NCBI GenBank assembly: GCA_017514685.1
Contig: JAFWJN010000050.1
Span: 9,836-73,835 of the forward strand
Source: Clostridia bacterium
GTDB lineage: Bacteria > Bacillota > Clostridia > Christensenellales > CAG-138
Direction of reading: 5' to 3'
Length of the DNA: 64,000 nucleotides
A program made the translations under genes and the position numbers. Of this stretch, positions 9,995-18,705 are shown piece by piece. Under the pieces are notes generated by a model. The model was not told where the DNA came from. It was given only the letters and a program-made list of their open reading frames with translations, and did no database searches. The stretch's first letter is position 1, and each line of letters begins with the position of its first letter.

Positions 9995-10486
9995 TCAGGA
10001 TTCTGCAGAACAGTTTTGCGGGCCGCCTCTCAGCATTTTAAGCCCATGTTCAAGAGCGGAAATAACCGCTTCAAGATTCTCTTTCGCGCCTTTTGGACTT
10101 CCAGGCAGATTTATAATCAGCGAATGGTCTTTAATGCCTGCCGCAGATCGGGACAATACTGCGCGAGGTGTGATTTTCAGAGAAGCATAGCGCATTGCTT
10201 CCGGAATGCCGGGTACAGGGCGATCGCAAAAATCAAGAGTAACCTCAGGAGTATTGTCACGAGGTGAAAAACCGGTTCCCCCAGTGGTTATGATCAATGC
10301 AGCGTCTTCATTAACGGCTTTCTGCAAAGCGATGCGGATGGAATCCGGATCGTCTGAGCAGAGTTCTGAGGAAAGCAGTTCATAGCCGGCTGATTTCAGC
10401 ATTTCTTCAACCGCGGGGCCGCTCAGATCGACTGCTTCACCGCGGGAACACCGGTCGCTTACAGTAATGACTTTTGCAGTATACAT
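9995..10486 (-). CDS. mogA: MogA/MoaB-family molybdenum cofactor biosynthesis protein
   Basis: Starts MYTAKVITVSDRCSRGE and contains TTGGTGFSPRDNTPE, the MoCF_biosynth signature. The ATG at 10486 was chosen over the longer ORF-track start. Confidence 0.85.
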   Translation of the reverse strand: MYTAKVITVSDRCSRGEAVDLSGPAVEEMLKSAGYELLSSELCSDDPDSIRIALQKAVNEDAALIITTGGTGFSPRDNTPEVTLDFCDRPVPGIPEAMRYASLKITPRAVLSRSAAGIKDHSLIINLPGSPKGAKENLEAVISALEHGLKMLRGGPQNCSAES

Positions 10487-10508
10487 AAGAAGTCCTTTCT
10501 TGTAGATG

Positions 10509-11528
10509 TTATTTTCCAAACGGGCAATGGGGGAAAGTGCATGGATTGCATCCGAGGCATAAACCGCCTTCTCCAAGTTCAACAAAGTCTTTTTTTGTCA
10601 GCCTGACACCTGCGGCAATTCTTGGAAATATCAGGTCAAAGACAGTAGCTTTCGCATACATAACACATCCCGGAAGGCCAAGGACAGGTGTTCCGTTACG
10701 ATAGTATCCGAGAAGGATCATTGCCCCCGGCAGAACCGGAGAACCGTAAGTGATAACGGAGGCACCGCTTTCTCGGATAGCATATGGGGTCCGGTCATCC
10801 GGATCGACGCTCATGCCTCCGGTACACAAAATGACATCCAGAGACAGCTTTTTAGCGGTTTCGATTGCGGAAATGATGTTTTCCGCATGGTCGTCGGCAA
10901 CTGTTTGGAAAACAACGGAAATGCCGTATGCTTTCAGTTTCTCTATCAGAACAGGAGTAAAACGGTCCTGAATTCTTCCATGATAGATTTCCGATCCGGT
11001 CGATATAATGGCAGCTGTTTTCAGCTTGTAAGGAAGCAGCTTCAGAATCGGGGCGCCATCCGCGATACTTTCTGCCTGAAGCAGTTTCTGTTCTTCAACC
11101 ACCAGAGGAATCACACGCATACCGGCAAGTTTATCGCCGGCTTTAACGGGAAAGTTTCCTTTTCTGGTCGCAATTGTGATCTCATCAATCGAATTAATCA
11201 AAAAGAGTTTTTCGGAATCTACCAGGAAGACACCGTCTCTTGCGGCTGTTAATTCAATTTTACCCTCTTTGACTTCAGACCGGTTCATGCCGTCATTGAG
11301 TGTAATGGCACAAAGCCTTTCCGCGGCATCGTTTTCATGAAGAAATCCTGGCTGCAATTCCCATACATAAAGGTGCTCTTTACCCATTGAAAGAAGGACA
11401 GGAATATCCTCTTCCGTTACAATGTGCCCCTTTTGAAAGCGCGGCCCTTTGAATTCACCGGGGATGATTTGCGTCAAATCATGGCAGAGAACATGCCCCA
11501 CCGCCTCTTCGGTCCGTACGAGCTTCAT
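10509..11528 (-). CDS. molybdopterin-binding (MoeA-like/MoCF_biosynth) protein with Cys-rich C-terminus
   Basis: AIISTGSEI...CTGGMSVDPDDRTP molybdopterin-binding fold. C-terminal GGLCLGCNPCTFPHCPFGK. The ATG at 11528 forms an ATGA overlap with the moaC stop. Confidence 0.7.
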   Translation of the reverse strand: MKLVRTEEAVGHVLCHDLTQIIPGEFKGPRFQKGHIVTEEDIPVLLSMGKEHLYVWELQPGFLHENDAAERLCAITLNDGMNRSEVKEGKIELTAARDGVFLVDSEKLFLINSIDEITIATRKGNFPVKAGDKLAGMRVIPLVVEEQKLLQAESIADGAPILKLLPYKLKTAAIISTGSEIYHGRIQDRFTPVLIEKLKAYGISVVFQTVADDHAENIISAIETAKKLSLDVILCTGGMSVDPDDRTPYAIRESGASVITYGSPVLPGAMILLGYYRNGTPVLGLPGCVMYAKATVFDLIFPRIAAGVRLTKKDFVELGEGGLCLGCNPCTFPHCPFGK

Positions 11529-12007
11529 ACCCTCTGGACCTCCCGGCGATAGAAATGGCTTTTTCCTCCGCTTTTTTCCAGAAGATGAAGGTCTGTGATC
11601 TCCATATCTTTTTGAACGGCTTTGCACATATCATATACGGTCAGGGCAGCGGCCGAACATGCAGTCAGGGCTTCCATCTCGACACCGGTTTCTCCGTTGC
11701 ACTTAACAGTGGAGCGGATCAGGATTCCTTTTTCCTCAAATGAGAAACGGATATCCGCAGATGTGATCATAAGCGGATGGCACATCGGAATTATCTCATA
11801 AGTCCGTTTGGCGGCCATGATTCCCGCTACCTGCGCGACAGAAAGAACATCTCCTTTGGGAAGACCCCCTGTCTGGACCAGGCGGATGGTTTCGGCGTTC
11901 ATGAGAATACGGCATTCCGCAACAGCGGCGCGCGCGGTAACGGGTTTTTCGGAGACGTCAACCATACGGGCATGCCCCTCTTCGTTAAAATGTGTAAAAT
12001 CTTCCAT
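11525..12007 (-). CDS. moaC: cyclic pyranopterin monophosphate synthase MoaC
   Basis: LTHFNEEGHARMVDVSEK...KGDVL..A..AGI.AAK.T...IPMCHPL is the canonical MoaC sequence. 160 aa. Confidence 0.92.
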   Translation of the reverse strand: MEDFTHFNEEGHARMVDVSEKPVTARAAVAECRILMNAETIRLVQTGGLPKGDVLSVAQVAGIMAAKRTYEIIPMCHPLMITSADIRFSFEEKGILIRSTVKCNGETGVEMEALTACSAAALTVYDMCKAVQKDMEITDLHLLEKSGGKSHFYRREVQRV

Positions 12008-12009
12008 GA

Positions 12010-12957
12010 TTATCCTCCGATTTCATACATGTTGCGCAGCGTACCGCTTTGGTGTGTTTGATTCAGAAGGTGTTCTTTCGGTTTGGAAAGGATAGCGGCT
12101 TTTAACGCATTTTCCAGCTCCTGATCACTCAGACCGGTTAATGGAATTTCTGCCGCACTGTGCAGGCAAGGTTTCAGTTTTCCGTCTGCTGTTAACCGGA
12201 TTCGATTGCAGCGGGAACAGAACTTGCGGCTCATAGGAGGGATCAGACCGATTGTTCCAAGATATCCTGGAAGACGATAGCGCACGGAAACGCCGTCGGT
12301 ATCAACAAATTCCAGATCCGGAAGAGCTTTCAGGACTGCGTCAGAAGACAGGAAACATTGGCTGTCCCAGTTCGCACTGCATCCCAGCGGCATTAATTCA
12401 ATAAAGCGAACAGATAAATCACGCGATTTAGTCAGTTCCGCAAAAGCAGGAATTTCTGTATCGTTAAAACCGCCGATCAATACAGCATTGAGCTTTGTCC
12501 CGGTAAATCCAACCTGTTCAGCAGTTTCTATCCCATGAAGAACATCTTCCAATGATCCGGTACGTGTCATGGAATGGAATTTTTCAGGGTCGAGAGTGTC
12601 AAGGCTGATATTCAGCCGGTCAACCCCGGCATCTTTCAGACCGGCAGCGAAATCGGTAAGGAAACTTCCGTTGGTAGTCATGGATAGTTCTTTGATTTCA
12701 GGTATCGATTTCAGCATTCTGCACAGGTCCAGAATACCGCGACGAACGAGAGGTTCTCCCCCGGTCAGACGTATTTTTCTGATTCCCAGCCCGGCAGCAA
12801 CAGAGGCGATTCTGGTGATCTCTTCAAAAGAAAGAACATCTCTATGAGTGCGCTTCGGGATGCCGTCCTCACCCATACAGTATTTGCAGCGGTAATTGCA
12901 CAGGTCGGTCACGGAAATGCGAAGCACGCTGATTTCCCTGCCATAGTTATCCTGCAT
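12010..12957 (-). CDS. moaA: GTP 3',8-cyclase MoaA (radical SAM)
   Basis: CNYRCKYC radical-SAM motif, and C-terminal CSRCNRIRLTADGKLKPCL for the second cluster. The ATG at 12957 is preceded by AGAGGTG. Confidence 0.92.
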   Translation of the reverse strand: MQDNYGREISVLRISVTDLCNYRCKYCMGEDGIPKRTHRDVLSFEEITRIASVAAGLGIRKIRLTGGEPLVRRGILDLCRMLKSIPEIKELSMTTNGSFLTDFAAGLKDAGVDRLNISLDTLDPEKFHSMTRTGSLEDVLHGIETAEQVGFTGTKLNAVLIGGFNDTEIPAFAELTKSRDLSVRFIELMPLGCSANWDSQCFLSSDAVLKALPDLEFVDTDGVSVRYRLPGYLGTIGLIPPMSRKFCSRCNRIRLTADGKLKPCLHSAAEIPLTGLSDQELENALKAAILSKPKEHLLNQTHQSGTLRNMYEIGG

Positions 12958-13007
12958 AACCCTTTTCACCTCTTTAACGTTATTCACCGGAGAAAACAAC
13001 CAGTATC

Positions 13008-13016
13008 AGTATACCA
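13008..13016 (-). promoter_or_regulatory. extended -10 promoter element (TGgTATACT) for the moaA operon
   Basis: The minus strand reads CATGGTATACT, about 50 nt upstream of the moaA ATG and just downstream of the dCMP deaminase terminator. Confidence 0.4.
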
Positions 13017-13035
13017 TGTTCATGCGCAAAATGAA

Positions 13036-13062
13036 ATAAAAAGAAAAAGTCCCGAAGGACTT
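13036..13062 (-). terminator. terminator downstream of the dCMP deaminase gene
   Basis: On the minus strand: AAGTCC-TTCG-GGACTT followed by TTTTCTTTTT. Confidence 0.6.
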
Positions 13063-13115
13063 ATCATTGATTGAGAGAAGAAAGCTTCGGAATGACGGTT
13101 TTGTTTGATAATCTG

Positions 13116-13613
13116 TCAGACTTTCGCTTCATCAAAGTCAATGACAATACTGTCACGGTTTAATGTCAGCTTTGTCAGTTTTACGCCGGCGGCAATAAAC
13201 ATCCTTTTACTTGCCCGGGTCATAGGGGTATTCGCATATTTATCGGACAGATAAACGACTTCTTTAATGCCGCTTTGAATAATAGCCTTTGCGCATTCGT
13301 TGCAGGGGAAAAGCGCAACATAGATCCGGCAGCCGGAAAGCGAGGAGCCGTCATTGTTCAGAATCGCATTCAGTTCCGCATGGCATACATAAGGATACTT
13401 TGTATCATAAGGATCTCCCTCGCGATCCCAGGGGAACTCATCATCACTGCAACCGATCGGAAAACCATTGTAACCGACCGACATGATTTTGTTATGCTCG
13501 TTTACGATGCAGGCACCGACCTGAGTGTTAGGATCTTTGCTTCGATAGGAAGACAGGAGAGCTATTCCCATAAAATATTCATCCCAGGAGAGATAATCGG
13601 CGCGTTTGTTCAT
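13116..13613 (-). CDS. deoxycytidylate (dCMP) deaminase, ComEB-like
   Basis: Zinc motifs HAELNA and PCNECAK. N-terminus [13 protein letters not shown]. 165 aa. Confidence 0.9.
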   Translation of the reverse strand: MNKRADYLSWDEYFMGIALLSSYRSKDPNTQVGACIVNEHNKIMSVGYNGFPIGCSDDEFPWDREGDPYDTKYPYVCHAELNAILNNDGSSLSGCRIYVALFPCNECAKAIIQSGIKEVVYLSDKYANTPMTRASKRMFIAAGVKLTKLTLNRDSIVIDFDEAKV

Positions 13614-13839
13614 ATTGCGAAACTCCTTTCAGGCCGGTAATGTTAAGGGCTGTGCATCAAGAGAAAGAGCAGATGTGCACGGCATTTCTATTATCTATTA
13701 TCATAGCGGTTTCGGACCCAAATAGCAAACAGAAAATATGGCTTTTCCACAAATATAGCCGGTAATTGCTGTTTTCGAAACAAATTCTTCAGAATGAAAC
13801 TACGGTGAAAAGAATAACACGTAAAAAGAGAAGAATTGA

Positions 13840-13868
13840 TTGATAGTAAAGCAGAGGTGTGATATACT
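13840..13868 (+). promoter_or_regulatory. sigma-A type promoter upstream of the ACP gene
   Basis: -35 TTGATA (13840-45), 17-nt spacer, TG-extended -10 TGaTATACT (13860-68). Confidence 0.55.
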
Positions 13869-13903
13869 ATCACAATTACAGGACATTCTTTCGGAGGATG
13901 AGC

Positions 13904-14137
13904 ATGACTTTTGAGCGCTTGATAAAAATATTCAAGAAAGTAATGCCGTATGCCAATACGGATAAGATTTCACCGAAGAGTTCTTTGGTGCTGGATCTTC
14001 ATATTGATTCTGTTACATTGCTGATGCTTGTACTTGGAATAGAAGATGAGTTCGGCATCCAGTTTGACAATCTGGATAACACGGCATTTAACACGGTTGA
14101 AGATGTAATCGCATATATCGACTCTAAACTAAAATAA
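13904..14137 (+). CDS. acyl carrier protein-like carrier protein (orphan, not in a fab cluster)
   Basis: DLHIDSVTLLMLVLGIEDEFGIQFD matches the ACP phosphopantetheine-attachment helix (DS motif). GGAGG RBS lies 6 nt before ATG 13904. Confidence 0.75.
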   Translation: MTFERLIKIFKKVMPYANTDKISPKSSLVLDLHIDSVTLLMLVLGIEDEFGIQFDNLDNTAFNTVEDVIAYIDSKLK

Positions 14138-14156
14138 TTCCCCAGGGGAGAAAAAT

Positions 14157-15314
14157 ATGAAACCATTATCTAATCGAACGGAACATCTTTCCGATTCCAG
14201 TATTCGCCGGATGACAAGAATCGCACTGGAATGCGGAGCGATTAATCTTTCACAGGGTTTTCCGGACTTTGATCCGCCGGAATGCATTATGCGCCGTCTG
14301 GCAGAAATCGCAACGGAAGGACCGCATCAGTACTCTCCAACATGGGGAGCAGCGAACTATCGTGCGGCGCTTGCGCGTAAAGTATCTCACTGGATGGGAA
14401 TTCCGGTTGATCCGAATGAAAATCTGCTTGCGACGGTCGGAAGCACGGAAGCAATGATGGCTTCTTTGATGGCTGTCACGAATCCAGGAGACAAAGTTGC
14501 GATCTTTTCCCCGTTTTTTGAAAACTATGAAGCGCAATCGCTGCTTCTCGGATGCGAACCGATCTATGTTCCGCTTCGTCCACCGGAAAACAATTTTGAT
14601 CCGAACGAGCTGGAAGATGCTTTCAAGCAAGGTGTGAAGGCAATGATCGTCTGCAATCCTTCCAATCCAAACGGTAAAGTATTTACAAAGGAAGAACTGC
14701 AGATCATTGCGGACCTGGCGATCAAGTATGATGTGTATATCATTATGGATGAAGTGTACGAGCACATCATTTTTGCGCCTCATGTTCACACCTATATGGC
14801 TTCTCTGCCCGGTATGTGGGAGAGAACAATCTCCTGCTCTTCTTTGAGCAAGACATATTCCATAACAGGATGGCGGCTGGGCTATATTGTTGCCTGCAAG
14901 AAGATCATGGACAGCTGTAAGAAGACGCATGATTTCCTGACGGTATGCGCGCCTTCTCCGCTGCAGGAAGCAATCATTACAGGTCTGGAGCTGCCGGATT
15001 CCTATTACTTGGACCTGCAGGCGCATTATACGCATATGAAAGATCTGTTCTGCGGAGGACTGAGAAATCTGGGATTTGATTTTATTGAACCGCAGGGATC
15101 GTACTTCTTGCTAGTTGATATTGGGAAATATGCGAAGGGTGACGATGTTGCTTTCTGCGAACGGCTTGCAAGAGAAGTCGGCGTGGCTGTTGTCCCCGGA
15201 AGCACATTTTATAAAGAAGAAGTCCATCATCTTGCCCGATTCCATTTTGCGAAGAAGGATAAGACGCTGATTGCAGCACTGGATCGACTGGCAGATATCG
15301 GAAAACTGGAATAA
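14157..15314 (+). CDS. class I/II PLP-dependent aminotransferase
   Basis: NLSQGFPDF, NPSNPNGKVF and SLSKTYSITGWRLGY (PLP lysine) motifs. 385 aa. Confidence 0.88.
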   Translation: MKPLSNRTEHLSDSSIRRMTRIALECGAINLSQGFPDFDPPECIMRRLAEIATEGPHQYSPTWGAANYRAALARKVSHWMGIPVDPNENLLATVGSTEAMMASLMAVTNPGDKVAIFSPFFENYEAQSLLLGCEPIYVPLRPPENNFDPNELEDAFKQGVKAMIVCNPSNPNGKVFTKEELQIIADLAIKYDVYIIMDEVYEHIIFAPHVHTYMASLPGMWERTISCSSLSKTYSITGWRLGYIVACKKIMDSCKKTHDFLTVCAPSPLQEAIITGLELPDSYYLDLQAHYTHMKDLFCGGLRNLGFDFIEPQGSYFLLVDIGKYAKGDDVAFCERLAREVGVAVVPGSTFYKEEVHHLARFHFAKKDKTLIAALDRLADIGKLE

Positions 15315-15327
15315 CGAGGCGGAAAAA

Positions 15328-16860
15328 ATGAAAAGGAGATTGATTCTGTTTCTGACAGTAATCCTGCTTTTGATACCGATAGCCGCATCTGCTGATACGG
15401 TAATCAACGATAAGGTAGACATTGAGATTCACGCGGCAGAAGTGAACATGAAATACCTTACGGATTTCACGTATACCACAACGGTAACGATGACGAAGGG
15501 AGACTGGTTCACTGTCAGTTTCAAGCCGGAGCAGAAAGTCGGGGCAGTCTACTGGGAATGGCGATCAATTCCGAAAAAAGCGCTTGTTGAGTGTCTGAAC
15601 GAAGCGGGGGAAGTTGTCTGGTCCCGTGAATATGGAAACATCATTCGGTTTTTGTCGGTGTTTCCGGAAGAGGATGTCCGCTGTGTCAGAATGACTGTTC
15701 TGGAAGGAACCGGAAAAATGGCGGAGTTGTTTGTCTACAAGGAAGGCGGAATTGCTCCGAAAGCAATTGTGTGGGAAGACAGATATGACAAAGCTGATAT
15801 CATGCTGGTGGAAACACACGGAAACGATGACGTTCTGGTTTTCAGCGCAGTTCTTCCGACTTATACGGACCGCAACAAGGCTGTCCAGGTTGTAGACATT
15901 GCATGTGATACGATTGGAAGACAGAGAAAAAGTTCGCCAGGCTCCTATCTGAACGGGCTTCGACATTATAAAACATTTTTCCAGTTTACGGGTCTGCACA
16001 CGACAAATTACAACAGTTTTGTAGAAGATTGGATCAAAAAAGATTCCAGAGATCCGGTCGCAATGCTTGTACAGGAAATCAGACGGTGCAGGCCAGAAGT
16101 TGTGGTCACGCACGATATTTATAACGGAGATTTCAATGACGGATCACATAAGCTGACGGCGGAAATTACAAAGCAGGCGGTCGAAGCGGCTTCCGATCCG
16201 GAGCAGTATCCGGAATCAGCACAGCAATACGGCGCCTGGCAGGTGAAAAAACTGTATTTCCATATGTACCCGGAAAACCAGATATGGATTGATGTGGATA
16301 CACCGCTGGCATCCTTTAATGGCCAGACCGCACTGGAACTGGCAAGAAAAGGCTATGTTCTCTGGGATAAAACGGAAACAAAGCAAATCAATGGAATCAA
16401 GAATAAAAAATATCATCCCAGCGAGTACGGCCTGGCGTTCAGCACCGTAGGCGAGGATGTGGAGAAGAATGATTTTCTGGAGAACATCCCGTCAGAACTT
16501 TTGAGCGATTATATTCCGCCAACACCGGAGCCAACGCCGGAACCGACGCCGACACCGGAACCGACGCCGGAACCGACCTCGACGCCGGAGCCGACACAAG
16601 AACCGACATCAGAGCCGACAGAAAAGGCTGAGGAAGAACTGACTGTTTCCGTTTCAAACGTAACGACGGAAATGCCGTCAAAAGAAAACCCTGAGGAGAC
16701 TGCAGAAGAACCGGCTGAAGAACCTGCCGAAGAAACGGAAGGATCACGTCTTCCATTGATTGGTATCATAGCCGCAGTTGTTATATTCGGAGGATTAGCG
16801 GAATTTTTCCGCTGGAAACAGAAAAAATCAGTAGAGAGGTTTACGGAACCAAGGCGATAA
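15328..16860 (+). CDS. secreted/membrane-anchored protein: signal peptide, discoidin/CBM-like module, PIG-L/LmbE-like region, PT-rich linker, C-terminal TM anchor
   Basis: Signal peptide MKRRLILFLTVILLLIPIAASA. Contains IMLVETHGNDDVLVF (resembles the PIG-L AHPDDE motif) and VVTHD...GSH. Linker PTPEPTPEPTPTPEPTPEPTSTPEPTQEPTSEPTE. Terminal hydrophobic segment plus RWKQKK. The domain assignment is tentative. Confidence 0.5.
   Translation: MKRRLILFLTVILLLIPIAASADTVINDKVDIEIHAAEVNMKYLTDFTYTTTVTMTKGDWFTVSFKPEQKVGAVYWEWRSIPKKALVECLNEAGEVVWSREYGNIIRFLSVFPEEDVRCVRMTVLEGTGKMAELFVYKEGGIAPKAIVWEDRYDKADIMLVETHGNDDVLVFSAVLPTYTDRNKAVQVVDIACDTIGRQRKSSPGSYLNGLRHYKTFFQFTGLHTTNYNSFVEDWIKKDSRDPVAMLVQEIRRCRPEVVVTHDIYNGDFNDGSHKLTAEITKQAVEAASDPEQYPESAQQYGAWQVKKLYFHMYPENQIWIDVDTPLASFNGQTALELARKGYVLWDKTETKQINGIKNKKYHPSEYGLAFSTVGEDVEKNDFLENIPSELLSDYIPPTPEPTPEPTPTPEPTPEPTSTPEPTQEPTSEPTEKAEEELTVSVSNVTTEMPSKENPEETAEEPAEEPAEETEGSRLPLIGIIAAVVIFGGLAEFFRWKQKKSVERFTEPRR
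16516..16620 (+). repeat. imperfect tandem repeats encoding the (P-E/T-P-T)n linker
   Basis: CCGGAACCGACGCCG-type units are repeated and visible directly in the DNA. Confidence 0.8.
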
Positions 16861-16872
16861 TTCAGATACAGA

Positions 16873-16910
16873 CAAACGCGGGAGAACTTGTTCTTCCGCG
16901 TTTGATATTT
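16873..16910 (+). terminator. rho-independent terminator
   Basis: CAAACGCGGGAGAAC-TT-GTTCTTCCGCGTTTG (one G-T pair), followed by ATATTT. Confidence 0.6.
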
Positions 16911-17004
16911 GGCAAGCAAGATACGTGAGATGGCGCATTGCTTTTTAGCGGCGATTTTCGTATAATAACAATAATAAAGAAAAGAAAGAAAGGATCGATC
17001 CAAG

Positions 17005-17403
17005 ATGCTTTACGAATATCAGCTACAGACCGGAAAAGAAGGATTCATTGACATTACAGATAAAGTACGCGACGCTGTAAAACAAAGCGGCGTGTTTGAC
17101 GGGATGGCAACCGTATACTGCCCGCATACAACGGCAGGCGTGACAATCAACGAAAACGCTGACCCGGATGTGGTGAAAGACCTTTTATTCGCACTGGACC
17201 AGACCTATCCGGACCGCGAAGAATTTCGTCATGTGGAAGGAAACAGCGCAGCCCATTTGAAAGCCAGTGTTATCGGGAGCAGCGTCACTGTCATGATAGA
17301 TGACGGAAAGTTGGTTCTCGGACGGTGGCAGGGGATCTATTTTACGGAATTTGACGGACCGAGACAGCGCAGATTCTCTGTAAAAATTATTGGACAGCAC
17401 TGA
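17005..17403 (+). CDS. YjbQ-family (UPF0047) secondary thiamine-phosphate synthase enzyme
   Basis: FIDITDKV...VYCPHTTAGVTINENADPDV..D......HVEGNSAAHLKAS is a classic YjbQ sequence. 132 aa. Confidence 0.85.
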   Translation: MLYEYQLQTGKEGFIDITDKVRDAVKQSGVFDGMATVYCPHTTAGVTINENADPDVVKDLLFALDQTYPDREEFRHVEGNSAAHLKASVIGSSVTVMIDDGKLVLGRWQGIYFTEFDGPRQRRFSVKIIGQH

Positions 17404-17419
17404 TTGAAAGGAGAATCCT

Positions 17420-18646
17420 ATGCGCGCTTATGAAAGACTTCTGCGATATGTTGTAATCCACACAACCAGCGATGAAAACAGCACGACAACACCGTCTTCA
17501 GCACGACAGTTTGAACTCGCAAAACTGTTGGTACAGGAAATGAAAAAGCTCGGGATTGAGGACGCCTGTGTAAATGAAAAATGCTATGTATACGGCTCGC
17601 TCCCGGCGACGGAAGGGTTTGAGAATGCGACGAGGCTGGGGCTTATTGCGCATATGGACACCTCACCCGACTGCAGCGGAGAAAACGTTAAACCGCAGAT
17701 TATTGCAAATTATGACGGAAAAGATATCACGCTGCCAAGCGGACGCGTTCTGGATACAATCAACTTCCCGCACCTTCCGGGTCTGAAAGGCCGTACCCTG
17801 ATAACTTCTGACGGCACTACGCTCCTTGGGGCAGACGATAAAGCGGGAATTGCGGAAATCATGACAGCGCTTGAACGGATTCAAACCGAAAGAATCCCGC
17901 ACGGAAAAATATCGATTGCATTTACACCGGATGAGGAAATCGGGGCCGGAGCGGATCATTTTGATGTGGAGCGATTCGGCGCGGACTTTGGCTATACGGT
18001 CGATGGCGGTCCGGAGGGAGAACTGGAATACGAAAACTTCAATGCCGCTGCCGCAATGTTTGAAATCAAAGGCTTTTCCGTGCATCCGGGAAGTGCAAAA
18101 AATGTAATGGTCAATGCGCTTCTGGTAGCGTGCGAAATCAACTCCATGCTTCCCGCTTTGGATATTCCTCGCTGCACTGAAGAATATGAGGGGTTTTATC
18201 ACCTTACGAAGCTCGGGGGAACGATTGAACAGGCGCACATCGCATATATTATACGGGATCATAGTTTTGCCTGCTATGAAGGCCGTCTTGCAGTGCTGAG
18301 GCATATCGAAAAAGCGTTGAATGAAAAGTACGGAGAAGGAACCGTTTCCCTTACAATTAGGGAACAGTACAGGAATATGAAGGAAAAGATTGAGCCGAAT
18401 ATGCACCTGATCGAGAATGCAAAAACAGCGGCTGAACTCGCGGGAATGAAAGCGACGGTTGTTCCGATCAGAGGAGGAACGGACGGAGCGAGGCTCAGTT
18501 ACATGGGACTGCCCTGCCCGAATCTCGGAACCGGCGGATATGCATTTCACGGACCGTGTGAACATATTACCGCGGAAGGGATGGATTTGGTAACCGATAT
18601 GCTCCTGCAGCTGATCGGGCTGTATGGTAAACGTACCCGCGGATAA
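17420..18646 (+). CDS. pepT: peptidase T (tripeptide aminopeptidase)
   Basis: M20B signature: ERLLRYV.I.T.SDE, HMDTSPD, GADDKAGIAEIM, FTPDEEIG, GGTDGA. 408 aa. Confidence 0.92.
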   Translation: MRAYERLLRYVVIHTTSDENSTTTPSSARQFELAKLLVQEMKKLGIEDACVNEKCYVYGSLPATEGFENATRLGLIAHMDTSPDCSGENVKPQIIANYDGKDITLPSGRVLDTINFPHLPGLKGRTLITSDGTTLLGADDKAGIAEIMTALERIQTERIPHGKISIAFTPDEEIGAGADHFDVERFGADFGYTVDGGPEGELEYENFNAAAAMFEIKGFSVHPGSAKNVMVNALLVACEINSMLPALDIPRCTEEYEGFYHLTKLGGTIEQAHIAYIIRDHSFACYEGRLAVLRHIEKALNEKYGEGTVSLTIREQYRNMKEKIEPNMHLIENAKTAAELAGMKATVVPIRGGTDGARLSYMGLPCPNLGTGGYAFHGPCEHITAEGMDLVTDMLLQLIGLYGKRTRG

Positions 18647-18657
18647 ATCTGAAGAAC

Positions 18658-18696
18658 AAAGGATGCCTGGAAATTTGTTTCCAGGCATCCTTTTTC
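18658..18696. terminator. bidirectional terminator between convergent pepT and clpX
   Basis: Perfect 13-bp stem GGATGCCTGGAAA / TTTCCAGGCATCC, flanked by A-rich and T-rich runs. Confidence 0.85.
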
Positions 18697-18705
18697 ATAG
18701 AGTTT

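Noticed and set aside
12958-13115. Looked for a Moco (moaA-motif) riboswitch upstream of moaA.
   Set aside because: The interval is filled by the dCMP deaminase terminator and a promoter. Only about 50 nt of leader remains, too short for the roughly 130-nt riboswitch, and no conserved helices were seen.
17663-18688. 341-aa minus-strand ORF. Similar long antisense ORFs occur at 14250-15035 (-), 19330-20064 (+), 21060-21602 (+), 27340-27936 (-), 28580-29383 (-) and 30029-30706 (-).
   Set aside because: All lie opposite genes with strong family signatures (pepT, aminotransferase, clpX, tig, obg, cdaA, cdaR). None shows a recognisable motif or a translation signal.
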